DNA of 32,000 nucleotides from Candidatus Saccharimonadota bacterium. GTDB lineage: Archaea > Nanohalarchaeota > Nanosalinia > Nanosalinales > Nanosalinaceae. Where the stretch lies: the NCBI GenBank assembly GCA_001761425.1, contig CP012986.1, positions 990,001 to 1,022,000 on the forward strand. Direction: 5' to 3'. The position numbers and the translations under genes are program-made. The notes beneath the pieces were generated by a model. That model saw only the letters and a program-made list of their open reading frames with translations. It did not search any database and was not told the DNA's origin. This document shows, piece by piece, positions 1 through 7,874 of the stretch (position 1 is the first letter of the stretch; the number at the start of each line of letters is the position of its first letter).

Positions 1-27
1 CCTGAAGGCCTGAAAAAATTTTTGACT

Positions 28-585
28 TTAGTTTTCAGTTTCCACAGCCAGTTCTATACCGTGACTACGGATTAATTCTGTCCCGTTCCGGTTTGTGTTG
101 AAGATCCTCTCGTACAGGTTGTCTTCTTCAATCAACTTGGTTAAATACTCCGTAGGCGAAAGCTTCACTGACCGACATCCAATATTTAGAGGTAGCGTAG
201 AATTCGAGATAGTTCCCTCGTAGATTCCACAGTGATGCTCGACATAAATCGGAGTAACACACCTTAATCCCGAAGTATTTACTCCAATACGTTCATCGTT
301 CAAACTTCCATAACATTTCAGTTTCCCAGGACATGAAGCATGATACTCTGCCTTACTGGAGACTCCAATCCCACAGGACTTATTTGAAACATGCTGAGAT
401 AAATCTGCTCGCGTAATACCATTCATTAAAGCAGTAAAAGGTTCACTAACCAACCACCCTGAAACTCCTAGAAATAATACCAGAGTGACCACTGTTACTT
501 TGCTTTTACCTAAGCTCCTGAACATAAAAGAAACATCTCCTTGGTTTCTGATAATTTTTAGAATTTTAATTATTGCGTCATCCAA
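28..585 (-). CDS. hypothetical membrane-anchored/secreted Cys-rich protein
   Basis: ORF track. A hydrophobic N-terminal anchor (VTVVTLVLFLGVSGWLV) is followed by about 140 aa containing 8 Cys. The protein is not acidic, unlike its neighbours. The start is uncertain (Met at 585 or at 525). No family recognised. Confidence 0.45.
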   Translation of the reverse strand: MDDAIIKILKIIRNQGDVSFMFRSLGKSKVTVVTLVLFLGVSGWLVSEPFTALMNGITRADLSQHVSNKSCGIGVSSKAEYHASCPGKLKCYGSLNDERIGVNTSGLRCVTPIYVEHHCGIYEGTISNSTLPLNIGCRSVKLSPTEYLTKLIEEDNLYERIFNTNRNGTELIRSHGIELAVETEN

Positions 586-902
586 TTGCCGTTAAGGATA
601 TTTTCCGTTGTCTCTGCTGTGGTTGCAACTGGTTCTCCAGAGGAAGTACTCGCGTGATGCACTCCTGCTACATAGGCGTCTCCGCTTCCTTTGAGATTAT
701 TACTCCAACCTGCTACATAAGCTACTTCTTCATTTGGATCAAAGGAGACATCACCTATTTGAACTGTGCCTCCATCCAGATTTAGAATATTTCCGGTTAT
801 ACCAACTGCACCAACGCCTTTGACGAATTCACGCCGATTTAAATTGTCCACGAAACTCTCACTAACAATCAACATATTTCTCTCGTTTAAGTATTTTTGC
901 AA
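570..902 (-). CDS. small secreted protein with a twin-arginine (Tat)-like signal
   Basis: ORF track. The motif NRREFVKGVGAVG fits the S/T-R-R-x-F-L-K Tat pattern. Position 902 is a TTG; the first in-frame ATG is at 875, which is the likelier start. Confidence 0.5.
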   Translation of the reverse strand: MQKYLNERNMLIVSESFVDNLNRREFVKGVGAVGITGNILNLDGGTVQIGDVSFDPNEEVAYVAGWSNNLKGSGDAYVAGVHHASTSSGEPVATTAETTENILNGNWMTQ

Positions 903-991
903 ACATATCTACAAAAAAGTTAACAGAAGGCCTGAACTCCAGAAAAACAGGCTTTCATCCACGAACTCGACAGTAAGATGTAAGGGATGGA

Positions 992-1744
992 TTAACCGTA
1001 AAGATGTTTGACCGCTTCATCAGCCAGTTCTCTGGTTTCCTCCTCTGAAAGCTCTGGAAGCTCCTCAACTTCAAGGCCTTTCTCCCTTATTATCCAGTGG
1101 AAGATTTCGAAAGATACGGGATAACCTTCTGCATTCTTCCAGTCATCGCCTCCATGGTCAAAGAAACTGCTTTCAGGCCTTTCCTTCTCCAGTTCGTCCA
1201 TAATCCTTTCGTGGTCGAAGTCATTTCCAAGAGTTCTGAAATTGGGCTTCCAGCCGTAGCCTTTCACCTCGTCAACTTTTCTGGCAGAGTTCGTGGAATG
1301 GCCCTCAAAAAGCACGCTGTTATAGTTAGAGCCATTCAATCTTTCTGAAAGCTCCTCGTCGCTGTAATGACTATAAAAATCGATGTGAGAGCCTTCATGG
1401 ACTGTCATGTTCTTCAGCGCAGGCCTCCAGTCATCTCTGGAATCGTTCGCATAGAGGAAGATAAAATTTCTTTCAAAACTGTCGAACCAGGAGCCGAAAG
1501 TGAAGCCGTAAACATGGAAATTTGTCCCTGCGTCCTCACCCCACTTTTCCCTGATCTTTTCAGGATCTGCAAGGCCGAAAACTACCTCTGCATCGCCTTC
1601 TCTGCCTAAGACTTCCTCCGCATCAGATAAGGCCTCTTCTATAACTTCCCTGTACTTCTCAACTCCTACAGGCTTTTCAAGCACTTCCTCGAAATCTTCC
1701 CAGAGGTAGTCATCCTCCTCCGGATCATAGGTTTGAAATTTCAC
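992..1744 (-). CDS. putative Zn-dependent metalloprotease-like protein (HExxH)
   Basis: ORF track. HEGSH motif in the context MTVHEGSHIDF. Acidic composition. The family assignment (DUF2268-like) is from memory only. Confidence 0.5.
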   Translation of the reverse strand: MKFQTYDPEEDDYLWEDFEEVLEKPVGVEKYREVIEEALSDAEEVLGREGDAEVVFGLADPEKIREKWGEDAGTNFHVYGFTFGSWFDSFERNFIFLYANDSRDDWRPALKNMTVHEGSHIDFYSHYSDEELSERLNGSNYNSVLFEGHSTNSARKVDEVKGYGWKPNFRTLGNDFDHERIMDELEKERPESSFFDHGGDDWKNAEGYPVSFEIFHWIIREKGLEVEELPELSEEETRELADEAVKHLYG

Positions 1745-1779
1745 TGGAGAAACTTGCGGAGATTAAACTTTAGTAATTA

Positions 1780-2475
1780 TCACCTGTACTCTTCCAGCGA
1801 GACAGCTCCATCCATATTCTGCTCAAAAACCGGATCCATCTCCGAGTGAGAATCCCTGATACTCTCTGAAAGGCCTTTACCCATGTAGAAGCTTCTCAAA
1901 GGCTGACCTTCGCTGAAAAGACTTACCTGGTAATCGATCTCAGGGAAAGGCATTACCTCCTCGAAGTACTGAGTGTCGTGAAGGCCTTCAGCCTCTTTAT
2001 AGAGTGCGGATGCTACTTCTCCCGTCCTCTCGATAGGTTCTCCATCGCCTGTAAGATAATCGCGAACGACCACGAAATCAAGATTTTCCAGATCTCTGGA
2101 AAAATCCTCTCTGCTTCTTTCCATGTCCCTGGCTCTTCTCCATCTACCTATGTCCTTGATATACTCCTGTCTCTCATCCTCATGCATCTTGATACTGGCA
2201 TAGGCCCCGGCAGTAGCACCGGCTAGCGGAGGCCCAAGCAGAAGAGCCATCTGATCGTTACTGCCCAGCATCTCGAGAAGGCCGAAATTTTCAAGGCCTT
2301 CAGTTGCTCCGAGGCCAGTAGCAAGGCCTCCGCCGACAAAGGTCAGGTACTTCCTCGCCAGGTCGCTGAAAGAACCTTCTCTGGAAGGTTTCTCACTCTC
2401 CAGGTAATCTGCGAGTTCGCTGTGAGGCCTCGGCAGCTCCCCGTCGTAAACTATGGATTTTCGGAAATCCTCCAT
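1780..2475 (-). CDS. hypothetical acidic protein with Gly/Ala-rich hydrophobic segments
   Basis: 231-aa ORF on the same strand as the next gene, 35 nt from it. No motif recognised. Confidence 0.45.
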   Translation of the reverse strand: MEDFRKSIVYDGELPRPHSELADYLESEKPSREGSFSDLARKYLTFVGGGLATGLGATEGLENFGLLEMLGSNDQMALLLGPPLAGATAGAYASIKMHEDERQEYIKDIGRWRRARDMERSREDFSRDLENLDFVVVRDYLTGDGEPIERTGEVASALYKEAEGLHDTQYFEEVMPFPEIDYQVSLFSEGQPLRSFYMGKGLSESIRDSHSEMDPVFEQNMDGAVSLEEYR

Positions 2476-2544
2476 AGAAAAATGTTTGGAACTGTAAAGT
2501 AATAAAAAGTGTTTCTTCCTCTTTAGGTGTTCCCAGGTAGAGTG

Positions 2545-2552
2545 TTTATAAA
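2545..2552 (+). promoter_or_regulatory. TATA box (TTTATAAA) for a leaderless rps3ae transcript
   Basis: TTTATAAA is centred about 27 nt upstream of ATG 2575. No Shine-Dalgarno sequence lies between them. Confidence 0.4.
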
Positions 2553-2574
2553 GTTTTGAGGTGGAACGTTTGGT

Positions 2575-3129
2575 ATGGCTAAGGCTGTAATTCAGAAAAA
2601 CTGGTACGAGATTCAGGCGCCAGACATCTTCAATGTAGACTCAATTACGGAGACTCCTGCCGAAAAAGATTCACAGGTACAGGGCAGGAGAGTCAAGGAA
2701 AGCCTGAACGAAGTCATGGACGATACAGACAAATACTACGTAGACGTATCCATGAGAGTCACAGAAGTCGAAGGAAACAAGGCCTTCGCAGAGATCGACG
2801 GAATGGAATGTTCCTCCGAATTCGTCTCAAGAATGATCAGAAAAAGAAGTGACAGATTCGACCTCGTGCACGACGTCACAACAGAAGACGACAGAGAAGT
2901 CAGAGTAAAGATCGTCGGCGGAACACTCAAAAAGACCAGCTCAGCAACTCTGAACGCAGTCAGAAACGAACTAGAAGACATCCTCGACGAAAAGGCCTCC
3001 GAGCAGATGTACAACGAATTCATGGAAAACATCTTCCTCGACAAAGTACAGGAAGACCTCAGAGACAAGGCCAACGAAATCTACCCATTCAGAGAGCTCG
3101 AGATCAGGAAAACAGAGCTCAAAGAATAA
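2575..3129 (+). CDS. rps3ae: 30S ribosomal protein S3Ae (eS1)
   Basis: N-terminus KNWYEIQAPDIF, then GRRV, then IYPFRELEIRKTE. Length and motifs match the archaeal S3Ae family as I recall it. Confidence 0.85.
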   Translation: MAKAVIQKNWYEIQAPDIFNVDSITETPAEKDSQVQGRRVKESLNEVMDDTDKYYVDVSMRVTEVEGNKAFAEIDGMECSSEFVSRMIRKRSDRFDLVHDVTTEDDREVRVKIVGGTLKKTSSATLNAVRNELEDILDEKASEQMYNEFMENIFLDKVQEDLRDKANEIYPFRELEIRKTELKE

Positions 3130-3193
3130 CAAACTTTTTCTCTCCCCCTACCTACCTTTCCCATTAAATCCATTCGGTTTCTATACACTAAGT

Positions 3194-3571
3194 TTAATCC
3201 GTCAAGGCCTCATACTCCGAACCATGCATATCCCTGTTATCCTGCGGAAAGAAACGAACAGTAGCATCGCCCGGAATCTCATGATAATCACCTACACCGC
3301 AGTCATACACTTCTCCACCAACCAGATCAACATAAACAGAATCATCGATAACCACCTCAACATCAGAGACACCACCTCTTTCATAAGTCGCAACACCAGG
3401 CCTCGAAGAATGCATATCCCCCAGATAATGGAAAACCAGATCACCGTCACCAAGAGAAGGCCTGGAAGAATCCTCGACAACACCCTCAACAAGGCCCTGC
3501 TCCAGCTCCTCCAGATCACCTTCCTCAAAGAAAACATACAAATCCTCACCCTCAACAAAATCAGCGATCAT
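3194..3571 (-). CDS. hypothetical highly acidic protein
   Basis: 125-aa D/E-rich ORF consistent with the local proteome style. Preferred over the overlapping plus-strand ORF 3224..3604. Confidence 0.4.
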   Translation of the reverse strand: MIADFVEGEDLYVFFEEGDLEELEQGLVEGVVEDSSRPSLGDGDLVFHYLGDMHSSRPGVATYERGGVSDVEVVIDDSVYVDLVGGEVYDCGVGDYHEIPGDATVRFFPQDNRDMHGSEYEALTD

Positions 3572-3693
3572 TTTTCTACAACAAAATTAGGCCTCAAAAC
3601 TTAAGTCAAAACAAAAATCCCAAACGCAACCTCCTATAAAACTTAACACCACCAACAAAATCACCCAAACAGCAAAACCTTTTTTTTGCCATA

Positions 3694-3740
3694 GGCCGGT
3701 AGCTCAGTACGAAGCAAAAATGCTTCTCAACCCGGCCACC
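3694..3740 (+). pseudogene. collapsed tRNA-Lys-like mini-element (acceptor-like stem plus hairpin)
   Basis: Positions 3694-3708 (GGCCGGTAGCTCAGT) are identical to tRNA positions 3772-3786. The hairpin GAAGCA-AAAA-TGCTTC (3711-3726) matches the base of the intron hairpin (AAGCA...TGCTTC). CCGGCCA (3732-3738) pairs with GGCCGG and resembles the tRNA 3' end. Confidence 0.35.
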
Positions 3741-3770
3741 GACCAAACATATCACAGATCCCCAGAAATG

Positions 3771-3924
3771 GGGCCGGTAGCTCAGTCTGGCAGAGCACTC
3801 GGCTCTTAACTGGTTACGCTGAGGTTAACACACAAAAAAGCATTCGACCACACGAATGCTTCAGAAAAACCAAACGTCCAGCAGAGACACCGAGCGGTCG
3901 CGGGTTCAAATCCCGTCTGGCCCA
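3771..3924 (+). tRNA. tRNA-Lys(CUU) with an 80-nt intron at the canonical 37/38 position (intron 3809..3888)
   Basis: Manual fold:
- Acceptor stem GGGCCGG / CTGGCCC.
- D stem GCTC / GAGC.
- Anticodon stem CTCGG (3798-3802) / CCGAG (3890-3894), anticodon CTT at 3805-3807.
- T arm GCGGG-TTCAAAT-CCCGT, discriminator A at 3924.
- Bulge-helix-bulge: CTCT (3803-3806) pairs with AGAG (3883-3886), flanked by 3-nt bulges; outer helix CTGG (3810-3813) pairs with CCAG (3878-3881). Confidence 0.8.
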
Positions 3925-4068
3925 CTCCCAGTTATGTTGTAAGGTGTGGCAACGGACGGAAAAACAGCATTTCAAAACCTGGACTGATTTCATTCTATCA
4001 TATTCTTCTGGAAGTCACGGAACCTTCTCGCATACCTATTCAAGGATAGGCAAAGGAGGTGTAAAACC

Positions 4069-4356
4069 GTGAGCCTGGAAACAGAAGAGAAGAACAAGCT
4101 TCAGAACAAGAAGGAAGACATCCTAGATAACTGTAAGATCTTGCCGGAGGACGCTGAATGGGCAACCGAGGAATACGAATCCAAGATCGAAGACCAAGGT
4201 GCAGAAAAACCGGGAACCAAAGCACTCTACATGAGAGATATCGAACGTATCCTGGAAAAACTTCCATGTAGCATCCACGAACTACCAGACATGACTTACG
4301 GTGAGCTTCTGGAACTCAACGAGAAGATCTTGAATTCATCAACAGCTTCCCCATAA
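4069..4356 (+). CDS. hypothetical 95-aa protein, first gene of the island
   Basis: GTG start preceded by a perfect Shine-Dalgarno GGAGGTG (4055-4061) with 7-nt spacing. No family recognised. Confidence 0.45.
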   Translation: MSLETEEKNKLQNKKEDILDNCKILPEDAEWATEEYESKIEDQGAEKPGTKALYMRDIERILEKLPCSIHELPDMTYGELLELNEKILNSSTASP

Positions 4357-4425
4357 TCCATTGAAAGATCATGTGTTGTCAAATTATTTATTTTGTCTGA
4401 GTTTTTTGAACCAAGTTAAACAGGA

Positions 4426-5637
4426 TTGGGCCTAATTGTGTCGCAATTAAGTCCTTCTATGAGTTTAAAAGAAGATATAGGGGAATTAGTGGAAGCCATA
4501 CCAGTTTGTTTAAGTTTGGGTTTAACATTAAGAGAATGTATGGAAAAGGACTTCCTTGAAGTAGGTAGAAGAGATTATGAATGCTTGGATGGATTCAGTT
4601 CGTACATTCGAGATGAAGTACGGTTAGATGAACTCACAGGCAAACTCAATATCATTGGTGCTGTCAACGATTTTCACAGCAAACAGGCCTTGATTAACTC
4701 TCTGAGTAAATCTTTCAATATCATCAATGATAATGGTAATTTGTTCCTTTTAGAGGCTCATAAAGGAGAAGAGCCATATTACATGCTTTACGATAATGAC
4801 TTTCCTGTCTTCTTCACTACTGCTAGAAAAACTGAGGGTCCTCGGAGTAAAGGCAATATTAGCAATACATTATTCAGGCATATTGAATGGGAAGCTAATT
4901 TAGGCCGAATGTGGGTCAGTCAGGCTCACATGGAGGAGATTAGAATGGATATTGTTGAACAGTACCAAAATATTCTGATCCCACAATTCTCGGCTAAGAG
5001 AAACAAGAATGTGAATATAGAAGCTAAAAGGAGGCCAGATTATGACAGAACAATTCAGTATTCCGCAGATGATGGGCTTAAGACATATAAAGAGATGAAG
5101 AGGCAGTATGGCGTGCTGCCTACTACAATGAAGTTTGAAAAGCCAGGTAAATTCAAGTTCAAGGTCTCCACAGACGGAGTTTTTACCATAAATAGAGGAG
5201 GACTTGATGAATCGGTGCGCTTGATTAAAGAAACAATTGATCGTCTAAGACACATCAAAGGAGCAATTGACACTTCAGAATACCGGATGAAGAAAAACAA
5301 GTATTCTTCAGATTCCGCAATACCGAGAAGCAAGCCTTGGGCTATTAACCTAAAAAATGGCTTAGACGGGAGAGATGTTAGAAATTTTAAGAGAGCTATT
5401 GAAGATGAATATTGGGGATTCACTGTTTCTGAGTTTAACAGTAGCCTGAAGGGAAGGCCTCATATGTCTGCCACACTTGTTGATTCAAGCAGATTTGGCA
5501 GGATAGCTGTAAAATCCAAAGATGGTATCCTCAGAGTATATCCCAGAGAAGATACGGGCATAGATGAAGCACTGAGAGTTTACGAGTATGTTACAGATCA
5601 AATAGACAATACAGCTACAGCTACAGCAGTGAATTAA
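4426..5637 (+). CDS. hypothetical ~392-403 aa protein, roughly neutral/basic, unknown family
   Basis: Long ORF. Position 4426 is TTG; the first ATG is at 4459. It is rich in K/R/N/I, unlike the acidic host proteome. Its stop lies 3 nt before the next gene's ATG. Confidence 0.6.
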   Translation: MGLIVSQLSPSMSLKEDIGELVEAIPVCLSLGLTLRECMEKDFLEVGRRDYECLDGFSSYIRDEVRLDELTGKLNIIGAVNDFHSKQALINSLSKSFNIINDNGNLFLLEAHKGEEPYYMLYDNDFPVFFTTARKTEGPRSKGNISNTLFRHIEWEANLGRMWVSQAHMEEIRMDIVEQYQNILIPQFSAKRNKNVNIEAKRRPDYDRTIQYSADDGLKTYKEMKRQYGVLPTTMKFEKPGKFKFKVSTDGVFTINRGGLDESVRLIKETIDRLRHIKGAIDTSEYRMKKNKYSSDSAIPRSKPWAINLKNGLDGRDVRNFKRAIEDEYWGFTVSEFNSSLKGRPHMSATLVDSSRFGRIAVKSKDGILRVYPREDTGIDEALRVYEYVTDQIDNTATATAVN

Positions 5638-5640
5638 GGC

Positions 5641-6741
5641 ATGAAGATGGAAGAAGTTGACTACGAGGATGAACTCAAGGAAGTACCTAATCCAGATATC
5701 AGTAAGGTTAGAGAGTATTACAAAGACTTTAAGTCTGAGATAGATGAAGATCAGAAGAGAAAGGAACTTAGAGACTCATTAGATACGAGGAAAACGCATG
5801 ATAGTTTGGTTGGAAAAATAGCTTCTGCCTTTCATCAAGCTGAGGAGGCTGAAGGGAGTGATACAGGATATGAATTTGCTTTTACAGAACCTTTAGAGGA
5901 GAGAGGAATTCCCAATGGAGATATTCTACTTGTCAAGGAAGAAGAGGAAGGCATCAAGCTGTGTATAGTAGAGTGCAAATCTGGTTCAAAATATCCTAAA
6001 TGGTTCAATCAGATCTCAAAAATAAAGGAACAGCTTCAGGAAGAAGATAATCGGAGAGAGATTAAAGCTCAGATAGACTGTAGAGATAAGGAAATTAACT
6101 TCATACAGTATGTAATAGCCACCAGCGGCAGGAATCTAAGCGATGTAGATCCGAGCAGATATGAAGCTAATTATCCAGATAGTATTGCCATTTGGGGTGT
6201 TGATGAGATCCAACAATCTCTTTATGCTAAAAATGGTTACACTTGTAATGACAAAGATATAGCATCGAAAGTGGGGGAAGGTATTGATTATGGCAGGGTA
6301 GAGAATCCTATAAAGTACACGATTTCTAGTCATCCTGTAATAATATTACAGAGCGTGCTATTTGATATAATTAAATCCAATGCAGAAAATAGTCGATTTA
6401 AGGAATTTAATGAAGAAGAATTTTATGAGGAATTCGAAAAGAATCTTCAAATGGGTGTAGAAGGATCTAACAAAAATGATTTGGTTAATGGAGTCATTGA
6501 AAGCATTCTTAGTTTTGGAGAGGATATTAGAATAATTTCAAGCGATGAAGAGGATTTGAGAGGTACTAAGGATTACAGGATTATGTTCAGAGGTAAAAAA
6601 CCTCCTATGGCTCGCAAAGCAGTTAAAGAAAAGTTTTTGAGGAATAGGCCAGTCAGAAGAGTTGCAGAGGATGCCTTCCGACAAGCTCTGGAAAAATATA
6701 GAAACGAGGATAAACAGGGCGGCCTGGATGATTTTACGTGA
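5641..6741 (+). CDS. PD-(D/E)xK (NucS/Hjc-like) nuclease-fold protein with a C-terminal PIP-box-like peptide
   Basis: IPNGD94ILLV...KLCIVE111CK113SG matches the D...(D/E)xK core. It also parallels the NucS motif seen in this window (GFIDVFARDENENYVVIEVKR). The C-terminus reads QGGLDDFT. Confidence 0.6.
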   Translation: MKMEEVDYEDELKEVPNPDISKVREYYKDFKSEIDEDQKRKELRDSLDTRKTHDSLVGKIASAFHQAEEAEGSDTGYEFAFTEPLEERGIPNGDILLVKEEEEGIKLCIVECKSGSKYPKWFNQISKIKEQLQEEDNRREIKAQIDCRDKEINFIQYVIATSGRNLSDVDPSRYEANYPDSIAIWGVDEIQQSLYAKNGYTCNDKDIASKVGEGIDYGRVENPIKYTISSHPVIILQSVLFDIIKSNAENSRFKEFNEEEFYEEFEKNLQMGVEGSNKNDLVNGVIESILSFGEDIRIISSDEEDLRGTKDYRIMFRGKKPPMARKAVKEKFLRNRPVRRVAEDAFRQALEKYRNEDKQGGLDDFT

Positions 6742-6830
6742 ATTCTATTTTGCGTGAAAGTTTTCGCACAGGGCTTTGGTTTATAGGGTATTCGGGTACG
6801 CAGTTTTCCCCAGATCTATGAACATGGGTT

Positions 6831-7055
6831 ATGGTATGGGGTGATGATTGGGAAGCTATCAGCACGGCCCTCCTCGCAGTGATTTTTTCTGCAGGAGGTG
6901 CTACTCAGGCAGGGATCGCAACGATCTCCCTGGACGGTCTTTTCAGTCTGTCATCTACAATGACTACGTTTGCAACTATTCCAATCAGTTTCGGGTTTGT
7001 TGCTGCGATTATTTCTTTAGCAGCTATCTACATGATGAAAGGCCTGACACAGTAG
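6831..7055 (+). CDS. hypothetical small (74 aa) membrane protein
   Basis: ORF composed of two to three hydrophobic segments (ISTALLAVIFSAGGA, FATIPISFGFVAAIISLAAIYMM). It ends inside a hairpin. Confidence 0.35.
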   Translation: MVWGDDWEAISTALLAVIFSAGGATQAGIATISLDGLFSLSSTMTTFATIPISFGFVAAIISLAAIYMMKGLTQ

Positions 7056-7062
7056 GCCTTTT
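7038..7062. terminator. hairpin AAAGGCCT-N8-AGGCCTTT followed by a T-run, between convergent genes
   Basis: 8-bp perfect stem (7038-7045 / 7054-7061) with an 8-nt loop. A T-tract follows on the plus strand and an A-tract precedes it. It sits between the 74-aa ORF and the minus-strand gene that ends at 7071. Confidence 0.35.
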
Positions 7063-7070
7063 GAAGATTC

Positions 7071-7874
7071 CTATGGTTCAACAGGAAAGAACGTTTTTGG
7101 AAAATGTTCATTTCCCTTAGGCCAATGTTGATCAAGAAACTCTACTAACTCCTCTTTTGGCTTATTCTCATAGTTATCAAATCTGAGATACGAGTGATGT
7201 AGCCTCGAGTTTCCACTTGACGCATCCGCTACATATGTAAATAGCACTAAAGAACCTATCTTCCTGTCAAACACCTCAAAGTTTTCCCTCACCCACTTCT
7301 TTACCTTTTCTCTGGAGATATCCTCATCTCTATCGGCAGAACTAAAGTAAATATTAGTCATATCAACAAAAAGAGCATTACTCTGGTTATAGTAATCTTT
7401 GCCAGATTTGCTACCTATTGTTTGCTTTATCTTTTCTTCAATGGTTCTATCTCCTCCAGAAAAATGCGAACTCTGGCACTCAATATCTACATTTTTATCT
7501 TGAACATCAAAGTCAGGAGGATCTGGATGTTCAAAATCAATATCTTTTCTGATAAGTGACGCAGCAACATCTATCTCAAACCTTGTACCGAAATAATTAT
7601 CATAATCTTCCTTTTTTAATTCCTCTCTAAATTCATCAAAAAGTTCTTCTCTAGTACTTTTCACTTCAGAGAGATGTTTTGCGAACATCTTCAGTCTTAG
7701 AAGGTTGTAGTCTCTTCTTTCATACTCTCCGGCGTTATGAAGCCTTATCGTCTCCTCTGCCACATCCCGCATATAATCCGTAATCTGATCATTTTCACCA
7801 GGAAGAAACTCTGTATCCAATAATTCAGCCAGTTCCGACTGAACGCTTCCGAAACGCATCATAAAATCTAGCAT
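7071..7874 (-). CDS. hypothetical 267-aa protein, possible degenerate PD-(D/E)xK-like fold
   Basis: Long ORF. The pattern FE100IDVAASL...PDFD123V...VDIE132CQ134 resembles a nuclease core but has Q in place of K. The region is low GC and has no AGGCCT. Confidence 0.5.
   Translation of the reverse strand: MLDFMMRFGSVQSELAELLDTEFLPGENDQITDYMRDVAEETIRLHNAGEYERRDYNLLRLKMFAKHLSEVKSTREELFDEFREELKKEDYDNYFGTRFEIDVAASLIRKDIDFEHPDPPDFDVQDKNVDIECQSSHFSGGDRTIEEKIKQTIGSKSGKDYYNQSNALFVDMTNIYFSSADRDEDISREKVKKWVRENFEVFDRKIGSLVLFTYVADASSGNSRLHHSYLRFDNYENKPKEELVEFLDQHWPKGNEHFPKTFFPVEP

Noticed and set aside
3224-3604. 126-aa plus-strand ORF overlapping the minus-strand ORF 3194..3571
   Set aside because: Its product is I/N/T/R-rich and non-acidic with low-complexity runs, typical of a shadow frame. 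The opposite-strand ORF has the D/E-rich composition shared by neighbouring genes. Neither ORF has a recognisable family, so even the minus-strand call is only moderate.
3809-3888. C/D-box sRNA embedded in the tRNA-Lys intron, as occurs in some archaeal tRNA introns
   Set aside because: A CTGA (D-box-like) is present at 3819-3822, but there is no RUGAUGA C box and no k-turn arrangement. The intron hairpin alone does not support an sRNA call.
4069-4356. Possible N-terminal fragment of a tyrosine integrase next to the tRNA (TKALYMRDIERILEKL resembles a SAM-like N-domain helix)
   Set aside because: It is only 95 aa and has none of the catalytic R...HxxR...Y residues. The resemblance is a vague helix pattern. 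No C-terminal integrase fragment is found at the other island end, so an integrase or SSV-type split-int call cannot be supported.
4426-5637. Attempts to assign the 403-aa island protein to a family: AEP primase via YDNDF, PLD via HKG, HUH Rep, NurA, DndB
   Set aside because: Each candidate rests on a single 3-5 residue match without the accompanying motifs of the family. I cannot support any assignment from sequence alone, so it is left as unknown.
6848-7120. 90-aa ORF overlapping the 74-aa membrane ORF and the 3' end of the minus-strand gene
   Set aside because: Its product is Cys/Arg/Tyr-rich and runs through the terminator-like hairpin into the convergent gene. The alternative frame (6831..7055) gives coherent hydrophobic helices, although that call is itself only moderately supported.
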